From: Pecten maximus
Lineage: Eukaryota
Direction: 5' to 3'
DNA: 64,000 bases
NCBI RefSeq assembly: GCF_902652985.1
Contig: NC_047030.1
Coordinates: forward strand, 4,154,001 to 4,218,000
Part shown: one piece after another, positions 11,770 through 64,000 of the stretch
Layout: each line of letters begins with the position of its first letter
Position numbering within the stretch: the stretch's first letter is position 1
Program-made: the position numbers and the translations under genes
Notes under the pieces: model-generated
What the model was told of the DNA's origin: nothing
What the model saw: the letters and a program-made list of their open reading frames with translations, nothing else
The model's database searches: none

Positions 11770-14700
11770 CTATACAACCGTGGCCATGTCTGGACTTTGT
11801 GTTGTCGCTACATGTGTTGTCGCTACAACAACAGGTTTGGGTGTAGTTATCACTTCTGGTAGCTTATCTGAAAAGGTTTAGAATGAAAATATATTAAGTG
11901 TATCAACATTGACTATAACCGTTCTCAGTTCCATAACAGCATATTTCTTTGTTTTCAGGCATAATCCTAACCTTTGTTCGCATTTCTCAACAAATGAATG
12001 TGTCTTAGAACTTAAAATAGCTATGAAGTACTATTTTAGGATTTATTCCTGTTAAGTGATAATTACTTGCATGTATTGTATCCTGAAAAGAATAAGTTAT
12101 ATAGACAATAGAATACCCGTAAGTTATATCGCCAAAAGAATAAGTCGGAGAAAATAAGAATAAGTTATATAGCCAATATAATAAGTTATATAGACAAACG
12201 AATAAGTTATATCGCCAATGGAATAAGTTTTATTGTCAATAGAATAAATGATACCGCTAACAGAATAAGTCATACCGACAAGAGAAGTTATGTCGCAAAA
12301 AGAATAAGATATACTGTCAATAGAATAGCTTACATCGTCAGCAGAATAAGTTATATAGACAGTAGAATTAACTCTATCGCCAACAGAATAAGTTATATAG
12401 ACAGTAGAATAAAGTCTATCGCCAACAGAATAAGTTATATAGACAGTAGAATAAACTCTATCGCCAACAGAATAAGTTATATAGACAGTAGAATTAACTC
12501 TATCGCCAACAGAATAAGTTATATAGCCAGTAGAATAAAGTCTATCGCCAACAGAATAAGTTATATAGACAGTAGAATAAAGTATCGCCAACAGAATAAG
12601 TTATATTGACAGTAGAATAAACTCTATCGCCAACAGAATAAGTTATATAGACAGTAGAATAAACTCTATCGCCAACAGAATAAGTTATATAGACAGTAGA
12701 ATTAACTCTATCGCCAACAGAATAAGTTATATTGACTATACAATAAGTCACAACGACAGTAGAATAGGTTATATCGCCGATAGAATAAGTTATATTGAAA
12801 ACAAGAATAAGTTATATGGCCGATAGAATAAGTTATATAGACAAAAGAATAAGTTATATAGAAAATAGAATAAGTTATATCGCCAAAAGAATAAGTCAGA
12901 GAAAATAAGAATAAGTTATATAGCCCATATAATAAGTTATATAGACAAAAGAATAAGTTATATCGCCAAAATAAGTAGAGTTTATAGAATAAGTTACATC
13001 GCCAAAAGAATAAGTTATAGAAAACAAGAATAAGAATATAGTCAATAGAATAAGTTATATAGACAAAAGAATAAGTCAGAGAAAATAATAAGTTATATAG
13101 CCAATATAATAAGTTATATCTACAATATAAGTTATATAGACAAAAGAATAAGTTATAGAAAACAAGAATAAGAATATACTCAATAGAATAAGTTATATCG
13201 ACAAAAGAATTAAGTTATATCGACTATTAATAAGTTATATCAGGGACACATTTTATGTTTTAATCAACAACACCCAAACACTAGTAGTACTGGTAAGAAC
13301 AAAGAGACGGACTGTACGCTCGTAACGGCGCCATCTTTTGGCTTATATCGAGGGCTGTGATAGTATCAAGATTTTAAATTCACAAAATTATATTGTATAA
13401 TGAAATTCTTGGAGATCAATTAAGGTCAAACTACAGAACACTTGTACATATTTTAATATAGTATGTTCTTTAAATTACTTAATAATTGTAATATGTCTAC
13501 TTCAATAAACCTTGAGACAGTACCGTCACTGATGTCGAACAGAGTTATCTGATAAGAACTGACCATAAACTCAGGCTCACGAATTCTGCTGACCGGTCAG
13601 AATTTAGCACTCCGCGATTATTGTCAGTTATAGCTAACTAAAGTAGTTATTATGAAAATACATAATTACTGAATTTGCAAACCCAGCCATAATTTTCTGG
13701 GATAAACAAGATGGAGGAACAAGGATAGTCGTGCCAGTGGCCGGAGTCGCGATATTTCATTAGGGTGCAGTCTTCCTGTGCGGCTGCTATCCCTCCCAGT
13801 CCGGCCGGCTGTCCACTAGCCCAGTACGTAAAGTCTACAGGACTACCTGAACAATAAAACGAAACAAATAACACAGACTCTCGATATATAGACACATTGC
13901 AAGGATTCATTTTTGGAGCGGGGATGTCGGTAAAATGAGATATCATTAATACTTTATCTTTTTACGTCCATGTTGAAGAATTGATGAAGAAAACTCGGCC
14001 TGATTTAAATGTATCCACCTCTGTAAGATAACGGACATGGACAAATCAAAGTCAGCGATGAGAGAAAATGTGTTAAAATTTAAAATCACTTCGGTTTTCA
14101 ATTGTCTGTAATACACATTGAGGAGTTGTTTACCGTCAGCCCAGATAAAGGTTCCCTCTGTGTTCTGATCCGTCAGCCCCAGCCAAACACCGTTCCCTGC
14201 GAAGTTTAGAGACCCTAGTGTTGACATAATGAAATTCTGCTCCTTCGATGAGTGGATTGTCAGAAGATGACCACCCTTGGCCTGACAGTCGTTATTAGCG
14301 TGAGCCCAGTCCTGGTGATGGTGAATTTCAAAAAGGTAGCATTGATCCTCGAAGCTTTGAAGGGAAGGTCCCCTCTGTAGGTTGATAGGACAACGTGACA
14401 CATCTGTTTGTGTAGCTTCCCATTTGATGGTAAAAGAACAAAAAAAATATGTATTAATGTGGCTGTGGTGTCGTGGTGTAAACTGCAGGCATTTCTGGCT
14501 AGGTTATTGGGTGCCGTAGATCGGGAGTTCGAGGAGCGGTCAGGGTAAAATTGTCTATTAAACAGTAGATATGTACTTACAATGTATACTCTGGTCAAGA
14601 TTTGTAACTGTATGATTTATATACATTTTTTTTTCTCGTTACATTTCCACCGACTGTTCGCTTGATGATGTAACCGAAGTATTTGGCAAGTCATGGCATA

Positions 14701-15903
14701 ACAACCTCAATCACCCATGGCTCGTTGATTTAAATTAGATATTGTGCCACCGACGGGTGATGATATTGTACGACGACCATTCAATAAATCCAACCATTAT
14801 CAGGCTCAAACAGACAATAACATTACGCAGAGCCTTGGTAGGAAAAATAAATCGCAACGAACGGTCAAAAGTTAAATAACCTAACAGGAAGTGAGCAAGT
14901 TATGCATTGATGAATGGTATGCATTCCTGATCAGTGACTTTATTGTGAATGTTAAATAAATCAAAGTTAAGACTAAGTATACTTGAAAAACAGTCACAAT
15001 GTACATGCAGATTAGAACGAATATTCATATCATGCCCATATCCCGAGCCCCGGTGTTGTCTATTTCCCGGACCCTAGTGTTATCTATTTCCCGGACCCCG
15101 GTGTTGTCTTTTCCCCGGACCCCGATGTTGTATATTTCCCGGGTCTCCATGTTGTCTTTTCCCCTGGCCACGGTGTTGTCTATTTCCCGGACCCCGGTGT
15201 TGTCTATTTCCCGGACCCCGGTGTTGTCTATTTCCCGGTCCCCGATGTTGTATATTTCCCGGGTCTCCATGTTGTCTTTTCCCCTGGCCACGGTGTTGTC
15301 TATTTCCCTGACCCCGGTGTTGTCTATTTCCCGGTCCCCGATGTTGTATATTTCCCGGGTCTCCATGTTGTCTTTTCCCCTGACCACGGTGTTGTCTATT
15401 TCCCGGACCCCGGTGTTGTCTATTTCCCGGACCCCGGTGTTGGCTACATGTACTATCTTATCTTGTTGGTGTCGGCTATATGTAGTTTTTAATCTCAAAC
15501 ATTGTGACCGTTTTATTTCTACATTCCTACCAGCGCCGTAAATAACGCCCGGTCATGTTGTCCAATTAATGGTCATGTGACAACAGGATGAATCTATCGG
15601 AAATACCGGCATGACTATGACAGTTCTAATGATAATATTTGAATGTTATACAAGCTATGAGCGAGTATCCCTAGGACTAGTCGGTATTACTGTTATAATC
15701 TCTAACATATACGGGAAAATATCCTACCGCGTTATCTTCAATTAAAAAATATCCAACTATATCTGAGATTAATGGTTTAAAAGATGCCGGAAATGTAAAT
15801 ACATGTACAACCAAAAATAACATCTTACAACAATTAAAGAAATACCTGCAAGTTGTAGACCCACTAACAGTAGAGGAATGCTTAGAAGCGTGAGTGAGGC
15901 CAT
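11770..15903 (-). CDS. Secreted C-type lectin (single CTLD plus Thr/Val-rich tail). Exons 15903-15846, 14403-14134, 13846-13670, 11867-11770
   Basis: Signal peptide MASLTLLSIPLLLVGLQLA. CTLD motifs FEDQCY, WAHANNDC, GGHLLTI, VWLGL, FIWADG, FTYW, QPA, EDC, WHDYPC, WVCK. Tail NKLPEVITTPKPVVVATTHVATTQSPDMATVV*. All junctions are phase-1 GT-AG and join in frame. A 27-nt exon at 14607-14581 is possible but uncertain. Confidence 0.85.
12088..13242. repeat. AT-rich minisatellite (21-bp subunits, 42-bp higher-order unit) in the last lectin intron
   Basis: Unit AGAATAAGTTATATAGACAGTAGAATAAACTCTATCGCCAAC, with degenerate flanks. Confidence 0.9.
15038..15441. repeat. Minisatellite, 21-bp unit, about 19 copies, in lectin intron 1
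   Basis: Unit CCCGGACCCCGGTGTTGTCTATTT-like, with a higher-order pattern of variants. Confidence 0.9.
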
Positions 15904-16334
15904 AGTCCTAGTCTGATGTTCAGATGTAGCGCCCTACACTGGACTCAAAAACGATATCGTGTGATCAAGTTTAAAGATAAGCATTGTCTCGTGTTTAGTG
16001 ACATGCGATGTTAAGTTCTCACAACCATTGATAAGCCTAGGGAGAGGCCATCGAGAGAACACCGCCTCTAGTTTGTTATATTTCTATCAACCCGAGTTTC
16101 CTCTGGACCCGACACCAGACTTGCATTTTTGACATATATATTAAAGTGTCCAAGTCTGATGTTAGGGTCTTAGGAAACTGGGGCTATATGCATCACTACT
16201 GTCCAGCTGACAATTTTGTTTTCTTTGCCTGTTAGTCTGTAAAACTGAAATGAGTGAACTGGGAAATATTATATACATTTTAACTATAAGACATTGAACG
16301 CAAGTCAGTGTCATTTATTTGAACAAACGTGTCT

Positions 16335-17072
16335 TTCTACGATAGTCTCGTCATGTGTCTTCTCCATGGTAGCCTCGACACGTGTCTTCTTTACAGTAGT
16401 CTCGTCATGTGTCTTCTCCATGATGGTCTCGTCACGTGTCTCCTCCACGATAGCCTCGTCACGTGTCTCCTCCACGGTAGTATCGTCTTATGCATGTGTC
16501 TCCTCCACGGTAGCCTCGTCACGTGTCTTCTCCACGGTAGCCTCGTCACGTGTCTTCTCCACGGTAGCCTCGTCACGTGTCTCCTCCACGATAGCCTCGT
16601 CACGTGTCTCATCCACGGTAGTATCGTCATATGCATGTGTCTCCTCCACGGTAGCCTCGTCACGTGTCTTCTCCACGGTAGCCTCGTCACGTGCCTTCTC
16701 CACGGTAGCCTCGCTACTTGTCTTCTCCACGGTTGCCTCTTCACGTGTCTCCTCCGCGGTAGCCTCGTCATGTGTCTTCTCCACGGTAGCCTCGTCACGT
16801 GCCTTCTCCACGGTAGCCTCGCTACTTGTCTTCTCCACGGTAGCCTCGTCACGTGTCTCCTCCACGGTAGCCTCGTCACGTGTCTCCTCCATGGTAGTAT
16901 CGTCATGTGTCTCCTCCGCGGTAGCCTCGCTACTTGTCTCCTACACGGTAGTCACGTTACGTGTCTTCTCCCTCGTATTCTTGTCACATGTCTTCATATG
17001 GTGTCGTCAGTTGTTTTCTCCATGGTAGCCTCGTTACGTGTTTTCTTTACAGTAGTCTCGTCACGTGTCTCA
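16335..17072. repeat. Minisatellite, 27-bp unit, about 27 copies
   Basis: Unit CTCCACGGTAGCCTCGTCACGTGTCTT. Confidence 0.9.
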
Positions 17073-17400
17073 ATGATGCTCGTCTTAATAGCGACAACTT
17101 CTAAGACTCGTCTTTATATGTGTAGTTCTTCAGGATTTTAGTATTGGTGGGATTAATGGTATGAACCGTGTTATGTATTTCTGGGATCTCGATTGATGTT
17201 CTTTCAGTCTAATGGTCTGCCTGTTTCCCCCACATAGTCGTTGTTACAATGTCAGTTTGATCTTTCACATGCGTAAGTTGTTGTCTGATGGAATTGTAAG
17301 GTTTATGGTAGATGTTTACTCCATGCTTTCTGAGGAAATTACGTATTATACAAATGAATGAATTGTCCGATACCTTTTAAATGCCTTGTGGTTCCGATGC

Positions 17401-17741
17401 CACTACTCTAGCACGTTTGACTACTACTCTAGCACATCTGACCACTACTCTAGCTCAGTTGACCACTACTCTAGCACGTTTGACCACTACTCTAGTACAG
17501 TTGACCACTACTCTAGCACGTTTGACCACTACTCTAGCACGTTTGACCACTACTCTAGTACAGTTGACCACTACTCTAGCACGTCTGACCACTACTCTAG
17601 CACGTCTGACCACTACTCTAGCACGTTTGACCACTACTCTCGCACGTTTGACCACTACTCTAGCACGGTTGACCACTACTCTAGCACATTTGACCACTCC
17701 TCTAGCACATTTGACCACTACTCTAGCACATTTGACCACTA
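17401..17741. repeat. Minisatellite, 21-bp unit, about 16 copies
   Basis: Unit CACTACTCTAGCACGTTTGAC. Confidence 0.9.
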
Positions 17742-17744
17742 CAT

Positions 17745-18584
17745 TTCCTATCCTTATTAGTCCTTAACGCCTGAGTGGATTCTGATGAAATTAATTCATC
17801 TGAAGCATTATTGGGCAAAGGATAACTAGTGCTGTATAAACTGAGGGTGTGGCTCTCTTGGGCCAGAGGAGCGGGCCCGATAGGGAAAATCGAGGTAAAT
17901 CCTTAAAATCCCTACTAGTCCTTAACGCTGAATGGATTTTGATGAAATTTGGACTGGGGCATCATTGAGCAAAGGAGAACTGATGTTGTATAAACGGAAG
18001 ATGTGGCTCCCATAGGACTGGAGGGGCGGGTCCAATAGGGGAAATTGAGGTTAATCCTTTAAATCCTTACTTGTTCTGATCTCCTGAATGGATTTTGATG
18101 AAAGGTTATCTGGAGTATGTTTGGGGAAAAGATAATTAGAGTTGTATAAACAGAGGGCGATGCTCCCTTGGGGCCCAATAGGGGAAATTGAGGTAAATCA
18201 TTTAAATCACTACAAGTCCTGAATGCCTGAATGGATTTTGATGAAATTTGGCTTGGATCATCATTTGGCAAAGGAGAACTACGTGATGTTGTATAAACGG
18301 AGGGTGTAGCTCTCTTGGGGCAGGGGCCCAATAGGGGAAATTGAGGTAAATCCTTTAAATCAGTACTAGTCCTGAACGCCTGAACGGATTTTGATGAAAT
18401 TTAGTTTAGAGCATTATTGGATAAAGAAAATCTAATATTGTACGAAAGGATTTTGAACCATTGTTGAGAGAGGCAGTTCAAAAGTAGGAAAATATTTGAG
18501 ATACTGTATAACTTAAATTAGAGTATTTTACCACAATTACTAAAACATCCAGGTGATCATTGCAGGCTGTCTGGGCCTCTTGTC
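17745..18584 (+). mobile_element. Interspersed element with about 5 internal subrepeats of about 150 bp and a HINE-like 3' end
   Basis: Repeated GGATTTTGATGAAATT..GTATAAAC..CCAATAGGGGAAATTGAGGT; ends CAGGTGA..CAGGC..GGGCCTCTTGT like 7240-7272 and 11205-11232. Confidence 0.55.
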
Positions 18585-18798
18585 ATTGTGGATGTTAATA
18601 TGTGAAAGCCAGGGTCACATTGTGTAAGATTCTTCTTGTAGTAGTTGGTAGCTAACTCACTGTACGACATACGAAGATCATGGAAAACTATGTAGAGTAA
18701 ATGGTGTGACAAATTGTCTTGCCCAAGAAAACAACTACGACATCACGGGATGGTCTGTAATCTCAGCAAACTTGGGAGAGATCAAAAGACATCCTTAA

Positions 18799-18881
18799 CT
18801 CATTCACCCCTGAAGACACATTTGAACTCTTCCGATTCAAACATTGGAATAGTTCATTATGACACTTCAGGGGTGAATGAG
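18799..18881. mobile_element. 83-bp piggyBac-like MITE
   Basis: Perfect 17-bp TIRs CTCATTCACCCCTGAAG / CTTCAGGGGTGAATGAG, with TTAA on both sides. Confidence 0.75.
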
Positions 18882-19089
18882 TTAAACCCTCAGCTAAAGT
18901 TTCCATTAATCCAATGATCATCCAACTAAGCTATCATGGCCTTGTAATCAAAATTCAAGAATTCGAAGTCAATGTCAACATAATTTTTATTTGATTTCAC
19001 ATCAACAACAAAAACAAAGCATTGGAATCTAATTTGTATCACAACATACTGCAGCACTCGATAACAGACTAGCTCCATGACAGGATATT

Positions 19090-20410
19090 TAACACAATAG
19101 TAATACAGTATCGGCCTTGTGTTAACATGATAGTAATACAGTATCGTCCTTGTGTTAACATGATAGTAATACAGTACCGGCCTTGTGTTAACATGATAGC
19201 AATACAGTATCAGACTTGTGTTAACATGATAGTAATACAGTATCGGCCTTGTGTTAACATGATAGTAATACAGTACCGGCCTTGTGTTAACATGATAGTA
19301 ATACAGTATCGGCCTTGTGTTAACATGATAGTAATACAGTATCGGCCTTGTGTTAACATGATAGTAATACAGTATCGGCCTTGTGTTAACATGATAGTAA
19401 TACAGTATCGGCCTTGTGTTAACATGATAGTAATACAGTATCGGCCTTGTGTTAACATGATAGTAATACAGTATCGGCCTTGTGTTAACACGATAGTAAT
19501 ACAGTATCAGCCTTGTGTTAACATGATAGTAATACAGTATTGGCCTTGTGTTAACATGATAGCAATACAGTATCGGCCTTGTGTTAACATGATAGCAATA
19601 CAGTATCGGCCTTGTGTTAACATGATATCAATACAGTATCAGCCTTGTGTTAACATGATAGTAATACAGTATCCGCCTTGTGTTAACATGATAGTAATAC
19701 AGTATCGGCCTTGTGTTAACATGATAGTAATACAGTATCGGACTTGTGTTAACATGATAGTAATACAGTATCAGCCTTGTGTTAACATGATAACAATACA
19801 GTATCAGCCTTGTGTTAACATGATAGTAATACAGTATCAGCCTTGTGTTAACATGATAGTAATACAGTATCAGCCTTGTGTTAACATGATAGTAATACAG
19901 TATCGGCCTTGTGTTAACATGATAGTAATACAGTATCAGCCTTGTGTTAACATGATAGTAATACAGTATCAGCCTTGTGTTAACATGATAGCAATACAGT
20001 ATCGGCCTTGTGTTAACATGATAGCAATACAGTATCAACCTTGTGTTAACATGGTAGTAATACAGTATCAACCTTGTGTTAACATGGTAGTAATACAGTA
20101 TCAGCCTTGTGTTAACATGATAGTAATACAGTATCGGCCTTGTGTTAACACGATAGCAATACAGTATCAGCTTTGTGTTAACATGATAGTAATACAGTAT
20201 CGGCCTTGTGTTAACATGATAGTAATACAGTATCCGCCTTGTGTTAACATGATAGTAATACAGTATCCGCCTTGTGTTAACATGATAGCAATACAGTATC
20301 AGCCTTGTGTTAACATGATAGCAATACAGCATTGGTCTCGTGTTAACATGATAGCAATACAGTATCGGCCTTGTGTTAACATGATAGTAATACAGTATCA
20401 GCTTTGTGTT
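19090..20410. repeat. Minisatellite, 33-bp unit, about 40 copies
   Basis: Unit TGTGTTAACATGATAGTAATACAGTATCGGCCT, head to tail, no unique spacers. Confidence 0.95.
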
Positions 20411-22670
20411 TATATAAGCTCCATGTATTAAGAATATAATCCACATCAAACATCTTTTGTTAAATCTGGTTTAGATGCCTTATCCATAATCTTGTATAAT
20501 ACTGAAGAGATAGTTGAATACAATGGACTGTCTTTTAAAGATAAAATCACAAACTGTACATGTACATTGTATCACAAGAATGATTTATGTATGTTTACAG
20601 ACAATTTCTAGAATTCAGCAACAACTCAAAATGGTTGGACAGTCAGAACAAAGATCAAAGGAGTGGCTGATATACACTGTGCCTTTGACCTTGCATATAA
20701 TTTTCCTGCTTAGGAAAATAGATTATGCATTTAAAATATATTGAAGTGTTTATAAAATATTCATTAGCAATTAATAATCATTTAATAAGTTAGTACAATT
20801 TACATTGAAATATTTTTTGTATTTTTCCACAATATACAATCAAACCATGATATCTGGAAGTCATGATCAATGTGGTTGTTAAAGAACTTTTGAGATATTG
20901 CGTTAAACATATCCTACTAACACATTATTTTACCTTGGGAACTGAATGTTTACTTTGAGTTAAGCAGTGTCTTTGAGTTATCAGAGTGAGATATAACCAA
21001 GTTTGACTATTAAACAGTGTTGTTCATCCCAAAAGTGCATGTTTTAATTGTTTTCTGGGAGAGCCTTGTACAAAATAACCATACCACTTCTTCTTCAATC
21101 TTCCTGTATCATCCACACCGAGTCTTTGTTCCCAAGCATGCAGTGAATCCAGATATTGGTAAAGGTAAGTACAAAACAAAAATGTTTCACAGTTTTTGTA
21201 AAATGAAATTTATGTTAATATCAACTTCACCACCGAGACTCGCTCCATTCAGACATGTCCGACTTAGGAGAAATTCAACTCTTTAATCACTTCCAGTTAT
21301 TAGTCCATGAAATAACAGTGACTACATAATTTGGAATTTCTAACATTAATTTAGATTAATCAGAATTAAAACCATTATCGGTTTGCTTTATTGTACAAAT
21401 CAATCAAAAGTAATTAATTCAAGCAAGGGTAATAAACATGGATCAAATTTTACAAATACAGTATTAATGGGACATCTCGTTATCCAATTAAGAGGTCCAG
21501 GCCCAGGGTCATTCCAGGAAAATATCTTTCCAACAGGTGGTCTAAAGTTTGTCAAGCAGGGACCACCTATAGAAGTGAACATTTAATCATACACTTTAAT
21601 TACAATAAAAGGAGTTTTCTCCATCAACTGCCATACATATAATTACTTTATATCTGGCGTCCTCCCTTTGGCTTTCTGAACCATGATATTTTCATTTTCA
21701 ATTTCTTATGTATCAGTCTTTTCTCATGATCAATGTTTACTTTGCTCCTGTGTGACCACTCATCTGAACACTAGATATCTGTTCTCTAAGTTAAATGAAC
21801 ACAATTACAGCACATTGTACTTGTAATCAAAATAGGTTTTATCAATATTTCACTACAAATTACCAGGTAATTCTCTTGGATTTTCCATGCATTTTGTCGA
21901 TAGTATCAAACATGTTTCGAATACCAGGTCACTATTAACAAGACCAAAATGATGTGTCATGATGACCTTGATCTGTTAACCATATAAAGTCCAGTTGACA
22001 ATCATGTCATACAGATTACATCCTAAGAGTAAATTATTACTTGTAAAAATGAAAAAAGACATCAAGTTCTGGGAAATGTATATTGTATCTGATAATGCTT
22101 ATCAAAGGAAAGGCAGGTATGCCCAGAAATACACATAAATATACAGTATCATAAAATAGTATCCCTTGTAATGTTCAAAGCTACAAGCAATTTTTGAGAC
22201 CATATCATGATATCTTAAAATTCCTTTGCCTTCTGTAAAATCATCAATGGAATTGTCAGCCCAATGGCATATAGATAGGCGAAGATAACATTACATTTTG
22301 GAAAGTTTCTGCATCACAATAGCATGATCCAGTTTTTACATGGAATTCCAATGAAAATGATTGAGTTCTCGCAAAACCTCTTGGTTTTACTACAAAACTA
22401 CTCATGTAGGTACAAGAGCATGTCATATATGCTGCATGCTACCAAGTTAAATTGTCTACAGTACAACGGCGACCTTATCAACAACTGGCACCTGCCAGAA
22501 GTGGCCCACATTGTTTATTCTTTTCAACAAGTAGCATTCTTCATCATTTTGAGAACAAGTGCTTCCATACATTTTGAAAAGACATGTTCTATATGATCAG
22601 TATCGGTGGTGAGTCTGACTAGCAATGATATGATACAGATTTCGTTACAATGGTTAGACTATCAATATCA

Positions 22671-63914
<41,244 letters not shown>

Positions 63915-64000
63915 CTGTAATGTTGAATTGTTATAAACTTGATTAAACATTTCTACTATAATCAATATCTTCTTTTGTACGGAATAGAGATTTAGACTGA

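Noticed and set aside
16294-17767. ORFs of 95-270 aa on both strands
   Set aside because: Products of 27-bp and 21-bp tandem repeats, with no splice or domain support.
19090-20410. CRISPR-like appearance (33-bp, partly palindromic repeat) and a 434-aa ORF
   Set aside because: Units are head to tail with no unique spacers, there are no cas genes and the context is eukaryotic. The ORF exists because a 33-nt unit is stop-free in one frame.

Overview
Eukaryotic, AT-rich, intron-rich animal DNA. The SINE- and Helentron-like repeat content suggests a bivalve mollusc (inference). Three protein-coding genes can be reconstructed by hand. (1) A + strand C2H2 zinc-finger gene (1-9007, 5' end outside the window) whose large low-complexity region changes reading frame by +1 three times. 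(2) A - strand secreted single-domain C-type lectin (11770-15903). (3) The 3' 45 coding exons of mTOR on the - strand (22671-63914), all GT-AG with consistent phases, covering HEAT, FAT, FRB, kinase and FATC regions. The introns hold about 25 minisatellite arrays and several non-autonomous transposons (mariner, pogo/Tigger-like, CACTA/Chapaev-like, piggyBac-like, SINEs, Helentron/HINE-like). The most unusual pattern is that at least 8 mTOR splice junctions have been tandemly amplified into the adjacent intron, giving arrays of exon-end or exon-start copies that often keep intact GT/AG sites. In four arrays the consensus copy differs from the live exon only at synonymous positions, and one copy offers an in-frame, stop-free alternative donor. 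No CRISPR array, rRNA or bona fide tRNA gene was found; most long ORFs in the track are tandem-repeat artefacts.
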